From contig CBDCWI010000002.1 of NCBI GenBank assembly GCA_965223325.1, positions 1,728,001 through 1,792,000 of the forward strand: 64,000 nucleotides of DNA, written 5' to 3'. Positions 19,446 to 28,863 of this stretch are shown piece by piece. The notes beneath the pieces are model-generated. The model was not told the origin of the DNA and searched no databases. It saw only the letters and a program-made list of their open reading frames with translations. A program made the position numbers and the translations under genes. Source of the stretch: Candidatus Multivoradales bacterium. GTDB taxonomy: Bacteria; Acidobacteriota; Thermoanaerobaculia; Multivoradales; Multivoraceae. Every line of letters begins with the position of its first letter. Position 1 is the stretch's first letter.

Positions 19446-21680
19446 TCACTCACATCCGTCGAGCGCGCGCGTGTCTTGGACCGGGGCGAACGGCTGGTTC
19501 TCTCGGTTGCGGTAGCTCCACTCTTCGTCGCTCAAGCGGTCCTCGACGCGAATCCCGGCCTCGACGTTGGTCAGGCCTGCGCCAAACACCCAGATCGAAT
19601 CGTTGACCTGGCAGCCGTCGAGCACTTTGAGCACGACCTCGACGTTCTCTGGCCTGAAGAACCAGAAGAACGCCGACTCATCCGAGAGCTCACCCGGTGT
19701 GCCATCACCCACAGTGCCGTCGCGCCCGCGCCACTGCACCGCTGCTCGGTAGCGTCCCCCGAGGAGATCGATCGACGGACGGTCACCAATGCGGACCTCG
19801 AGCGGACCTCGATCGGGATTCGCTCTGCGCCGCGGTCGACGGGTGAGGTCGAGGTTGACCTGGCCGAGCGAGTCGAGGCTCTGACCACGCGCCTGCGCAC
19901 ACCCGTCGTTGAGCCGCAACCGCAGGTCGCCGGCTAGAGGGTTCTCGAACTGCGGCGCACACGCATCTGAGGAGCTATCGGCCCCCGAGGCCGCGCGATA
20001 ACGCTCGATCGGCACCTCGGAATCGACACCCGGCCACAAGAAGCGCCCGCCAGCACCCCAGGTATTACCATCAGACTGCCAGTCGCTCGGGATGTAACGG
20101 GCTCCGATCTGACGACGCCCCGTCCGGGTGCCAGCGAAGATGTTGTTCCACACCCGGAAACTCTGGTGGCCAAAGGTTCGGAACGAATCAAGCGCCACGA
20201 TGCCACTTCTGGTCTCGCCAAAGCAGGTGTTGTGGGCGAATGTGATCGTGCCGGGGTTGGGCCCCTCGTCATTGCCGGCGTTGTACCAGAGGCAATGTTG
20301 GTAGAAGCCGGGACTCTCCTCCCTTTGATCGGTCCAGAACAGGTTGTTGGTAATCGTCACATCGCGCACCGAGCGCGTGACCGTCGCATCCTCGCCAGTT
20401 TGCACTTTGGTGAACACGAGGGGTGCGAACGCGTCGTGCGTCGTGAGAGTGCGGTTGGCGTTGTAGACGATGCCATCGACCGGGCGCGACTGCTCGGCCT
20501 TGCAGAATCCTTCGGAGAAGCCAACGTCCAGGCTGAGCGCGAAGTCGATCAGCTCGTTGTTCTGAATCAAGGCATCCTGGAGGCAAGACAGCGTCGAGAA
20601 GCCGCCGCAACCAACGAAGCTCGCCGAAGGATTCCAGGCCCCGACGTTGCAGTCGAAGCGCGAGTCGAGGACCTCGAGGCCGGTGACGTATCCCCAGAGC
20701 TTGAGCGCGATGAAGGCGCTGCTGGCGCAATCTTCGGCGTTGCAACCATGCGCCGTGCCCTCGATGTTCTTGAGCCGGAATGGACCGGCCTCGTGCCCAC
20801 CATCGGAACCCGAGCCGCGCATGAAGTAGCCGCCGGTATCGAGCGCCAGGATGTTCTCGAGTGCAAACCACCGGAGCTGTTGCGCCCCGAACATGTTGAA
20901 GGCAATCGTGCCACTCGAGAGCGGCTTGTCCTGATTGACGCCGCGTAGCTCGAGATCGTGCACATAGAGGTGACTGGTGGCACGACTGCGATTGGCCTGC
21001 ATGAAGCCGCCTTCGTCGGTCGCGCTCCAACGGTTGTAGTCGCGGACTTCGAAATGGGCCACCTCGAAGTGGTCGTTGTCGCGTTCGCGATTGAACGAGA
21101 ACGCCATCGAGAGTCGACCAGGACGACCGTCGAGCACCGCCGTGTCGTCGCGGTCGTAGGGCGGGTACTCGCCGTCGTTGTCCGTGTCCCAACCCACCAG
21201 CATTGCTGGATCGCTCGGGTACTCGAAGGCGCGGGCTTCGGTCGCCTTTCTGGCAACCAGGTGATGACCGGGAACCCCCGAGGTCGCCGGGGTCAAGTCG
21301 TCGGGCGAACACGTACCGCGGAAGCAGACGATGTCTTCGGCCCCGTCATCGGGACCGTCGACCCGCAGAAGAAGGGCGTGCCTCAAAGACCGACATGGGT
21401 TACCCGGCGAACCGCAGACAGGGCTATCGCGCCCCGCCTGACAGTCGACGAAGATCTGGTCTTCCGGGACCCCGTCGTCGTCTGGATCGAGAATGCCCGC
21501 CCGGCAGACCCGGCAGTCCTCCGGCTCACCGAGAATGCCATCGTCATCGAGATCGAACCCGCAGGGTCGCGACTGGTAGCCGCGCTCCGGGTACTGGGCC
21601 AGCGCCTCTCCAGTGGACATGGTCCCAGAAACCGCAAGGGTCACCAACAGTCCCCAGAGGGCGATGAGAAGTCGACGCAT
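19446..21680 (-). CDS. Secreted Cys-rich protein with a probable parallel beta-helix core and a conserved acidobacterial C-terminal domain
   Basis: Signal peptide MRRLLIALWGLL; Asn-ladder motifs (ITNNLF, FAHNT, VWNNIF); C-terminal FFWFFRPENVEVVLKVLDGC...GLTNVE...QDT. Confidence 0.7.
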   Translation of the reverse strand: MRRLLIALWGLLVTLAVSGTMSTGEALAQYPERGYQSRPCGFDLDDDGILGEPEDCRVCRAGILDPDDDGVPEDQIFVDCQAGRDSPVCGSPGNPCRSLRHALLLRVDGPDDGAEDIVCFRGTCSPDDLTPATSGVPGHHLVARKATEARAFEYPSDPAMLVGWDTDNDGEYPPYDRDDTAVLDGRPGRLSMAFSFNRERDNDHFEVAHFEVRDYNRWSATDEGGFMQANRSRATSHLYVHDLELRGVNQDKPLSSGTIAFNMFGAQQLRWFALENILALDTGGYFMRGSGSDGGHEAGPFRLKNIEGTAHGCNAEDCASSAFIALKLWGYVTGLEVLDSRFDCNVGAWNPSASFVGCGGFSTLSCLQDALIQNNELIDFALSLDVGFSEGFCKAEQSRPVDGIVYNANRTLTTHDAFAPLVFTKVQTGEDATVTRSVRDVTITNNLFWTDQREESPGFYQHCLWYNAGNDEGPNPGTITFAHNTCFGETRSGIVALDSFRTFGHQSFRVWNNIFAGTRTGRRQIGARYIPSDWQSDGNTWGAGGRFLWPGVDSEVPIERYRAASGADSSSDACAPQFENPLAGDLRLRLNDGCAQARGQSLDSLGQVNLDLTRRPRRRANPDRGPLEVRIGDRPSIDLLGGRYRAAVQWRGRDGTVGDGTPGELSDESAFFWFFRPENVEVVLKVLDGCQVNDSIWVFGAGLTNVEAGIRVEDRLSDEEWSYRNRENQPFAPVQDTRALDGCE

Positions 21681-21812
21681 GGTCGGATCGGAAAGCATGA
21701 GAGGGCTCCTGAGAGAGGCGACCTCGATTCTATTGCCGAAGCCTCCTATGCAGGCGGTCCCAGGACCGGCAGGCACAGACGGCCGGCATTGGGGCATAGT
21801 TGCCGCAGTCCC

Positions 21813-22925
21813 ATGTCGGAACCAACCAACATCAAGATCGGCCACACGATCCACGGGCTCGGACCTGGCGGCGCCCAGAAGGTGATCGCGGCGATCGCAC
21901 GCCACGCGCCCGAGGGCTCCCTGCACTACGTCTATTCGAGCTCCGGTGGAGCCTTCGAGCCCGAAGTGGCCGAGGCGGCGGCTGCGGTTCGCATCGTGCC
22001 ACGCAGACTGCCGCGCTTCGATCCGCTGTGGGTTGGCGACCTCGGCCGCGCCTTCGGGCGCGATGGCGTCGACCTGGTTCATGGACACCTCTTCGGTGAC
22101 ACCCTGCACGGTGCACTCGCCGCCAGCCGCAACCGCCTCCCGCGCATTGCCACTCTCCACAGCGAGTATGCCTTCTTCACTCGCATGCAGCGGGTCGCCT
22201 ACCGCTGGCTGATTCCCAGGCTCGACGCGACGGTTGCCTGTTCCGAGGCGACCCTGGCCTCCTGGCGCACTGCTTTCCCCAAGGCAACAGAGATGCTGGC
22301 CATTGCCAACGGCATCACGCCACCCGAGTTTCAGGGCTCCTTTTCAGCCCCGAACTCCGATCCCTCGACGACCCAGCGCCTCACCCTGGCGACCGTTGGC
22401 CGCCTCGAACCCGCCAAGGGCCTCGACGTTCTCCTCCGCGCCCTGGCACTACCTTCTAGCGGTACCGCCCCGAGACTTCTGGTGATCGGCGAAGGAAGCC
22501 AACGTAACGCCCTCGAGGCTATGACGAGAGATCTCGGACTCAGCGAACGGGTGCGTTTTCTCGGCCTCTCTGACACGGTCGGCCAGCTGCTGATGACGGT
22601 GGACTGCGTGGTTTTCCCCTCGGTTTCCGAGGGGCTTCCGATGGCGCTCCTCGAAGCGATGGCGGCCAGCCGCTGCCTGGTGATCAGCGATCTCCCCGGC
22701 ATGACCGAAGCCGCACGCCCCGAGAACGAGGCGCTGGTCGTGCCGCCACAAAATCCCGAGGCTCTCGCCGGCGCCCTCGAACGCATCGCGCACGAACCAG
22801 GGCTGCGCCAGCGGCTGGGCGCTTCTGCTCGCTCGCGTTTCGAAGAACGCTACAGCGCGGTGCGGATGGCATCCGACTACGACGCGCTCTACCGCCGGCT
22901 GCTCTCCGAAAGAGGGCCAACCTGA
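21813..22925 (+). CDS. Glycosyltransferase family 4
   Basis: GLGPGGAQ, VGRLEPAKG, SVSEGLPMALLEAMA (EX7E). Confidence 0.9.
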   Translation: MSEPTNIKIGHTIHGLGPGGAQKVIAAIARHAPEGSLHYVYSSSGGAFEPEVAEAAAAVRIVPRRLPRFDPLWVGDLGRAFGRDGVDLVHGHLFGDTLHGALAASRNRLPRIATLHSEYAFFTRMQRVAYRWLIPRLDATVACSEATLASWRTAFPKATEMLAIANGITPPEFQGSFSAPNSDPSTTQRLTLATVGRLEPAKGLDVLLRALALPSSGTAPRLLVIGEGSQRNALEAMTRDLGLSERVRFLGLSDTVGQLLMTVDCVVFPSVSEGLPMALLEAMAASRCLVISDLPGMTEAARPENEALVVPPQNPEALAGALERIAHEPGLRQRLGASARSRFEERYSAVRMASDYDALYRRLLSERGPT

Positions 22926-22932
22926 TGGTTCG

Positions 22933-22961
22933 ACCAATTGGCACCATCGAAACCAATTGGC
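22933..22961. promoter_or_regulatory. Tandem palindromic boxes ACCAATTGGC-N9-ACCAATTGGC upstream of the MocR-family regulator
   Basis: Exact 10-bp direct repeat, each copy containing the palindrome CCAATTGG. Confidence 0.6.
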
Positions 22962-23099
22962 CCTGACAACGTATAGAGAGCAATCCCCCCAGAGCGCCCC
23001 ACCGGCGCCCGCGCGCCGGAAGCTGGGCTCAGTCCTGGAGGAACGCTGAGATCCAGGCCCTCAGCAACGCCGAGATAGAGGCCGTCAGGAAACACCGCG

Positions 23100-24584
23100 A
23101 TGCAGGAACTCGTCTTTCACCCCGACCGCAACGCCCCACAACCGGTCTATCGCCAGCTCGCCAGCTACCTCGAGAAGCTGATCGAGAACGGCCGCCTCTT
23201 GCCTGGCGAGAAGCTTCCTGCAAGTCGTGAGCTCGCCGGAGCCCTCCGCCTATCGCGCAACACCATCAATCAGGCCTACCAGACCCTGCTCGATCGCCAG
23301 CTGGTGCACGCGCACGTCGGGCAGGGCACCTTCGTCGCGCGCTCGCCCATTACGGTCGAGTCCAGGCAGGAGCGGCCCGCGGGCCATCGCGAGTTCGTCT
23401 GGGACGCCCTCTACTCCACCCGTGCAAGACACCTTCCCAGCAACCTCAGGCGCCTGTCGCAGGGCCCGGTTCCGATCGAGTTCGACTTCGAGGCCGGGCG
23501 CGTCGACACGCCGTCGCTCCCCACCCAGGAGCTGACCCGCGCCTATCGCCAGGCAATCGATCGCGACCTCGCCGCACTGGCCAACAAGCTCACCGCCGCT
23601 GGCTGGTTTCCGCTGCGACGTGCCATCGCCCACAACCTCATCTCGCGCGGTATCGAGTGCGACGCCGAGCACGTCATGATCACCACCGGTGCCCAACAGG
23701 CCCTCGACCTCCTGGCCCGTGTCCTCCTCGACCCCGGCGACCTGTTCGCGATCGAACAACCCGGCTACTTCGGCGCCACCCTCGCCTTCACCTCCGCCGA
23801 AGCCGAGCCAGTCGGCATCCACGTTGACTCTGAAGGCCTCGACACCTGCCAACTCGAACGCACCCTGAGGCGGCGGCGCCTCAAGATGATCTACACCACG
23901 CCCGCGGTGCAGTCGCCAACCGGCGTTGTGATGAGCGCGCGCCGGCGCGAAGAACTGCTGGCGCTCGCCGAGGAACACCAGACGCCGATCATCGAGGACG
24001 ACTACGATGGAGAGCTGCGCCTCGATTCTCCAGCCGTGGGCGCGATCAAGGTGCTCGACCGGGCTGGCAAGGTGGTCTACGTGGGCACCTTCTCGAAGGC
24101 CGTCTTTCCAGGAATGCGACTGGGCTACGTGGTCGCATCGCCGGTTCTGCTGCAGAAGCTGACCGCCGCCAAGGCCACCAGCGACCTTGGCTCGGCGGTG
24201 CTCGACCAGGCCGCGCTCACCGAGCTCTTCGAATCCGGTGGGCTCGAACGTCACGTTCGCCGGGTTCGCAAGCTCTACATCGAACGCACCCGGACTGCCC
24301 TCGACACCCTCGAAGACTCGCTGCCAGAAGACGCCCACTGGCGAGCGCCGGCGGGTGGCAACAGTCTATGGATCACCATGCCGCGCGGTGTGACGCGAAA
24401 GAGTCTCGAAGGCAAGCTTCGTCGGGCCGGCATTCGGGCACCGTTCGGCGACGCCTTCTGGCTCCAACCGCCCGAGCAGGTCTCGGTCTACCTGAGCGTC
24501 GCCAACATGGAAGGTGACGACCTCAGGCAAGGCCTCACCCGCTTCGCTGAATGTGTCTGGCAGGCCCTTCGCGAAGACGACTGA
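23100..24584 (+). CDS. MocR/GabR-family regulator (GntR HTH + PLP aminotransferase-like domain)
   Basis: LPASRELA...SRNTINQAY, GQGTFV; IIEDDYD; GTFSKAVFPGMRLG with the PLP lysine. Confidence 0.93.
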   Translation: MQELVFHPDRNAPQPVYRQLASYLEKLIENGRLLPGEKLPASRELAGALRLSRNTINQAYQTLLDRQLVHAHVGQGTFVARSPITVESRQERPAGHREFVWDALYSTRARHLPSNLRRLSQGPVPIEFDFEAGRVDTPSLPTQELTRAYRQAIDRDLAALANKLTAAGWFPLRRAIAHNLISRGIECDAEHVMITTGAQQALDLLARVLLDPGDLFAIEQPGYFGATLAFTSAEAEPVGIHVDSEGLDTCQLERTLRRRRLKMIYTTPAVQSPTGVVMSARRREELLALAEEHQTPIIEDDYDGELRLDSPAVGAIKVLDRAGKVVYVGTFSKAVFPGMRLGYVVASPVLLQKLTAAKATSDLGSAVLDQAALTELFESGGLERHVRRVRKLYIERTRTALDTLEDSLPEDAHWRAPAGGNSLWITMPRGVTRKSLEGKLRRAGIRAPFGDAFWLQPPEQVSVYLSVANMEGDDLRQGLTRFAECVWQALREDD

Positions 24585-24601
24585 AAGGGGGCTTCCAGAG
24601 C

Positions 24602-25342
24602 TCAGACGAGCGCCTGGTAGGCACCACCATCGATGAGCAGGCTGGTGCCGGTGATGAAACGCGCCGGCTCGCTGCACAGAAACGCCACCGCTTTGCCGAA
24701 GTCATCGGCGGAGCCGATCTCGGGCGCCGGTACGCGCTTGGCCAGGTCTTCCACGCTGCCGAGACCCTTGATGCGGTCGGTGGCGTGCAGCCCGGGCTGA
24801 ACGGCGTTTACGGTGACGCCATCTGGCGCGACCTCGGTGGCCAACATCTTGAGAAAACTCGACACCCCCGCGCGGGCAACTGAACTGGCCGCCAGGAAAC
24901 CAATCGGTTGGCGAGCGCCCGAGGAGGTCACTGCCGCGATTCGCCCCCACCTCCGCTCACGCATGCCCGGTAGGGCCGCCTGGCACATGGCAATCGTCGA
25001 CAGGAGGTTGAGATCGAGCGCCGCCTGGTAGGCCGACCTGTCGGTCTCACTGGGCGACCCCGGCGGCGGACCGCCAGCATTGGCAACCAGGATGTCGAGC
25101 GACCCGAGTTCCGAGATCGCCGCCTCGACGAATCCCCGGGCGCCATCCTCGGTGGAGACGTCGGCCACCAGCGGCACGATGTTCTCACCGAGGGACTCTC
25201 GAGCAGCGCGAATGCGCTCGCCGTCGCGACCACAGATCGCAACGCGGGCGCCTTCTTCCAGCAACGCCTTGGCACAACCGAAACCGAGCCCCGTCGACGA
25301 GGCCGCTACCGCCGCCGTCTTACCCTTGATTCCAAGATCCAT
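24602..25342 (-). CDS. SDR family oxidoreductase
   Basis: AASSTGLG, DILVANAGGP, ITGTSLLIDGG. Confidence 0.9.
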   Translation of the reverse strand: MDLGIKGKTAAVAASSTGLGFGCAKALLEEGARVAICGRDGERIRAARESLGENIVPLVADVSTEDGARGFVEAAISELGSLDILVANAGGPPPGSPSETDRSAYQAALDLNLLSTIAMCQAALPGMRERRWGRIAAVTSSGARQPIGFLAASSVARAGVSSFLKMLATEVAPDGVTVNAVQPGLHATDRIKGLGSVEDLAKRVPAPEIGSADDFGKAVAFLCSEPARFITGTSLLIDGGAYQALV

Positions 25343-25459
25343 GTCGAGCTCCTCGGTTGTGCCTGCTGCAGTGAGTGGGCGCCATCATGCCAGACAGCGA
25401 GACCTCACGTACCATGACCGCCAGCACCCGCGCCGCAGCAACACGAGGAGAAGAGTGAA

Positions 25460-26509
25460 ATGAAAGCCGTGGTTTTCGAAGGCCATCAGAAGATGCAGTA
25501 CAGCAACGTGCCAGACGCCGAGCTCGAGCAGCCAACAGACGTTCTCCTGCGCGTTCAGCGGACAGCGATCTGTGGCTCGGACCTGCATCTCTGGCACCAG
25601 AGAGAGCCGCAGGCGGTTGGTTTCACGGTCGGGCACGAGTTCCTGGGTGTCATCGAAGACACCGGCCCCGAGGTGCAACGCTTCAAGAAGGGCGATCGAG
25701 TGTTCGTCGCCTGCACCATCGGCTGCGGCGGCTGCCCCTCCTGCCGACGCGGTGTGATGAGTGGCTGCCCGGTCACCACCGCCGGTGGCACGCAAACCAA
25801 CGTCTTTGGCTTCGGAGGCTTCGGTGGCGGACAGGCCGAGGCGGTGCGGGTGCCCTTCGCCGACACCAACTGCTTCCCACTGCCGTCACACCTCTCCGAC
25901 GACCAATGCCTGTTCCTCACCGACATCCTGCCAACGGGTTTTCTCGGTACTGAAATCGCCGAGATCGGCCCTGGCGATCGTGTCGTGGTTTTCGGTTGCG
26001 GACCCGTCGGGACGTTCGCGCAACGCTGTGCGCAGCTTCGCGGTGCTGCCTGCGTCATCGCCGTCGACCTCGACGCGCACCGCCTCGAGCTCGCGGCAAA
26101 GCGCGGCTCTCTAACCATCAACGCGGCCACCGAGAACGTCGAGGAACGGGTACTCGAGCTCACCGACGGCCTGGGTGCCGACTCCTCCATCGAGGCAGTG
26201 GGAGTGCCCGAGCTCATCAACCAGGCAGCGCGGGTCACGCGTCCGGGCGGCCGGGTGGCGGTGATCGGCGTTGTGATGGCTCCCTGGCAGATCGAATGGC
26301 CCTCGTTCTTTGGCAAGAACCTGCATCTCGGAACCGGGCTGGTCAGCCCGCAGACCAGCATTCATCAGCTCTTGCCGCTGATCGAGCAGGGGCGCCTGGA
26401 TCCCAGCGAGATCATTTCGCATCGCTACCCGCTAGCAGAAGCCAGCGAGGCCTACGACCTGTTTGCCAGCCGCCGCGACCAGGTCCTCAAGGTCGTCCTC
26501 GAGCCGTAG
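25460..26509 (+). CDS. Zinc-dependent alcohol dehydrogenase (MDR family)
   Basis: ICGSDLH, GHEFLG, CGGCPSC...C zinc site, GCGPVG. Confidence 0.92.
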   Translation: MKAVVFEGHQKMQYSNVPDAELEQPTDVLLRVQRTAICGSDLHLWHQREPQAVGFTVGHEFLGVIEDTGPEVQRFKKGDRVFVACTIGCGGCPSCRRGVMSGCPVTTAGGTQTNVFGFGGFGGGQAEAVRVPFADTNCFPLPSHLSDDQCLFLTDILPTGFLGTEIAEIGPGDRVVVFGCGPVGTFAQRCAQLRGAACVIAVDLDAHRLELAAKRGSLTINAATENVEERVLELTDGLGADSSIEAVGVPELINQAARVTRPGGRVAVIGVVMAPWQIEWPSFFGKNLHLGTGLVSPQTSIHQLLPLIEQGRLDPSEIISHRYPLAEASEAYDLFASRRDQVLKVVLEP

Positions 26510-26591
26510 ATCTTCCGGTTCGCAGACTCCTGACGTAGGACCCCTGAGAGGACCCTCTCAACATCGCTGGGGAGCCGGGAAGGGGCTTTGG

Positions 26592-26906
26592 GTGAACGAA
26601 ATCTTCGATCGCTTTGACGAGGTCGACGAGGTCCTGGCCCGGATCGTGCGCCTACCGCGCGGCGAGCGCGCCGCCGCCGTCGACTCCGCCTGTGGAGGCG
26701 ATCCGGAACTCCACGAGCTCGTCATGCGAGTCGTCGGCGAAGCCAAGAACCTTGACCATCCAAGCACCGACGACTTGCGCTACCAGACCTACGAAGCGTT
26801 TGGGGGCCGCGTGCTCCGCGCCTTGCTCCAGGCTTCGTTGGTCACCATCGTCGAACTGCGCCAGGAACTCGACGACCTGATGAACCGGCGAGCAGACCCA
26901 CCCTGA
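26592..26906 (+). CDS. Small protein resembling the N-terminal helical domain of ECF-associated Ser/Thr kinases, with no kinase domain
   Basis: LPRGERAAAVDSACGGDPELHELV matches the 'ERAAFL..ACG.D.EL..EV' leader of such kinases; GGGAAGGGG SD before GTG 26592. Confidence 0.6.
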   Translation: MNEIFDRFDEVDEVLARIVRLPRGERAAAVDSACGGDPELHELVMRVVGEAKNLDHPSTDDLRYQTYEAFGGRVLRALLQASLVTIVELRQELDDLMNRRADPP

Positions 26907-26993
26907 AGCGGGAATCTCGCAAAGCTCGTGTATTACCAGTGCTAAAGTCGTCCAACGGAAGCCAGCCAGCGCCGAACAGCCAGAGGAGTCAAC

Positions 26994-27581
26994 GTGGAAC
27001 AACCCGCGCTCGAGGCCGCACAGCCTCGCGACCCCGGTACCGCGAAGATCGGCAGAGAACGCCAGGCGCTCGACGAGCTCTTCGATGACCTCTACGTCGA
27101 CCTGAAGAAGGTGGCACGCGCCCAGCTCCGGCGCTGGCGACCGGGGCAGTCGATGAACACGACCGCGCTGGTCCATGAGGCGTGGTTCAAGTTCGAGCGC
27201 CAGAAGAGCCTCCAGGCCAGCGACCTCGAGCACTTCTACGCCATCGCGGCACGCGCCATGCGGCAAGTGCTGGTCGATTTCGCGCGCAAGCGAACGCGAC
27301 TCAAACGAGGAGCCAACGAGGAGCCGGTGGCCATCGAGTCGGGCCACCTTGAAGATCCACTCGACTTCGAGCAGGTCATCGTTATTGATCAGGCGCTACA
27401 TAAGCTCGAACAGCATTCGGAGCGTCTGGCGCGGGTGGTCGAGCTGCGCTTCCTGGTTGGCCTGACGGAGAAGGAAATCGCCCAGCTGTCCGGAGTCACC
27501 ACCCGCACGGTGCGCAACGAATGGGCCCGCGCCCGCGTCTGGCTGCGCGAGGCGATGAAGGCGGCTCCGCAGGCGCCCTAG
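26994..27581 (+). CDS. ECF sigma factor, TIGR02999-like (kinase-associated) family
   Basis: SMNTTALVHEAW, AMRQVLVDFAR, VVELRFLVGL, RTVRNEWARARVWL. Confidence 0.88.
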   Translation: MEQPALEAAQPRDPGTAKIGRERQALDELFDDLYVDLKKVARAQLRRWRPGQSMNTTALVHEAWFKFERQKSLQASDLEHFYAIAARAMRQVLVDFARKRTRLKRGANEEPVAIESGHLEDPLDFEQVIVIDQALHKLEQHSERLARVVELRFLVGLTEKEIAQLSGVTTRTVRNEWARARVWLREAMKAAPQAP

Positions 27582-28735
27582 CGCAGGCCGGTGAGCTGGC
27601 GCGAGATGACCATGCGCTGGATCTCGCTGGTGCCTTCGTAGATCTCAGTGATCTTGGCGTCTCGGTAGTAGCGCTCGAGCGGCAGCTCTTTGCTGTAGCC
27701 GACGCCGCCGTGAATCTGTACCGCCTGGTTGGCGACCCAGGTGGCGTTTTCGCTGGCGAAGAGTTTGGCCATCGAAGCCTGCAGAGTGAAGTTCTCGCCG
27801 CTCTCGTAGGACCGATCCTTGGCGAGAGCCGCATGGTAGGTGAGCAAACGCGCGGCCTCGGTGCGCGTTTGCATATCGGCGAGCTTTTGCTGAATCATCT
27901 GAAACTCGCCGATCTTCTGGCCAAAGGCCTCGCGCTCACGCGCATAGGAGATCGAGGCATCGAGAGCAGCTTGCGCAATGCCGACAGCTTGAGCGGCGAT
28001 GCCGACGCGCCCAGCGTCGAGCGTTACCATGGCGATCTTGAAGCCTTCTCCTTCTTCACCGAGGCGGTTCTCCACCGGGCAGCGATAGTCGTCGAAGTGG
28101 ATCTCGGATGTCGCACTGGCGCGGATCCCGAGCTTGGGTTCCTTCTTGCCAAGGGAGAAACCGGGCTCCTTGGTATCGATCAGGAACGCGGTGACACCGC
28201 GGTGCTTTTTCTCGGGCTGCGTCAACGTGTAGAGCACCACGAAATCGGCATAGGGAGCGTTCGATACCCACGACTTCTGCCCGTTGATCACGTAGACGTC
28301 GCCGTCGCGCACGGCACGACTCTTCATGGTGCCCGCATCGCTGCCGCTCATCGGCTCGGTGAGCGAGAACGCCCCGATCTTCTCGCCAGCAGCGACTGGC
28401 TTGAGGAACTTCGCTTTCTGTTCGTCGTTCCCGAACTTGTAGACCGGGATGTTGTAGAGCGAATTGTTGACGGCCATGATCGTGCCGTGCGCCGCGTCGG
28501 CGCGCGAGATCTCCTCGAGCACCAGCGCATAGGCCAGTGAGTCCATACCCGAACCCCCCAGCTCGGGCGGCATGTCGATACCCATGAAACCCTGTTCGCC
28601 CATCTGGCGAACGGTGTCGATCGGGAAGTCGCCGCTCTCGTCGAACGCGGCGGCAATCGGCACGATGTGCTGCTGGGCAAAGTCGCGTGCCGTGTTGCGG
28701 ATCATCTCGTGCTGCTTGGTAACGAAGGGGTACAC
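27578..28735 (-). CDS. Acyl-CoA dehydrogenase
   Basis: FSLTEPMSGSDA, KLGIRAS, REAFG, QIHGGVGY, EIYEGTSEIQR. Confidence 0.95.
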   Translation of the reverse strand: MYPFVTKQHEMIRNTARDFAQQHIVPIAAAFDESGDFPIDTVRQMGEQGFMGIDMPPELGGSGMDSLAYALVLEEISRADAAHGTIMAVNNSLYNIPVYKFGNDEQKAKFLKPVAAGEKIGAFSLTEPMSGSDAGTMKSRAVRDGDVYVINGQKSWVSNAPYADFVVLYTLTQPEKKHRGVTAFLIDTKEPGFSLGKKEPKLGIRASATSEIHFDDYRCPVENRLGEEGEGFKIAMVTLDAGRVGIAAQAVGIAQAALDASISYAREREAFGQKIGEFQMIQQKLADMQTRTEAARLLTYHAALAKDRSYESGENFTLQASMAKLFASENATWVANQAVQIHGGVGYSKELPLERYYRDAKITEIYEGTSEIQRMVISRQLTGLR

Positions 28736-28863
28736 AAAAACTCCTCACGGCGGGCGATCTGCCATGCCAACGTTGCTTCTCTCTCGAGGGAGCGGGCAGT
28801 ATATCGACCGATCGGCCGACTCCCCTCCTCTAGGAAACTCTTTGGACGAAACCGCTTCGGCCG

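Noticed and set aside
20958-22160. Long bidirectional overlap between the GT4 and secreted-protein ORFs
   Set aside because: Artefact of the longest-ORF calls; the likely starts (21680 and 21813) give a normal divergent pair.
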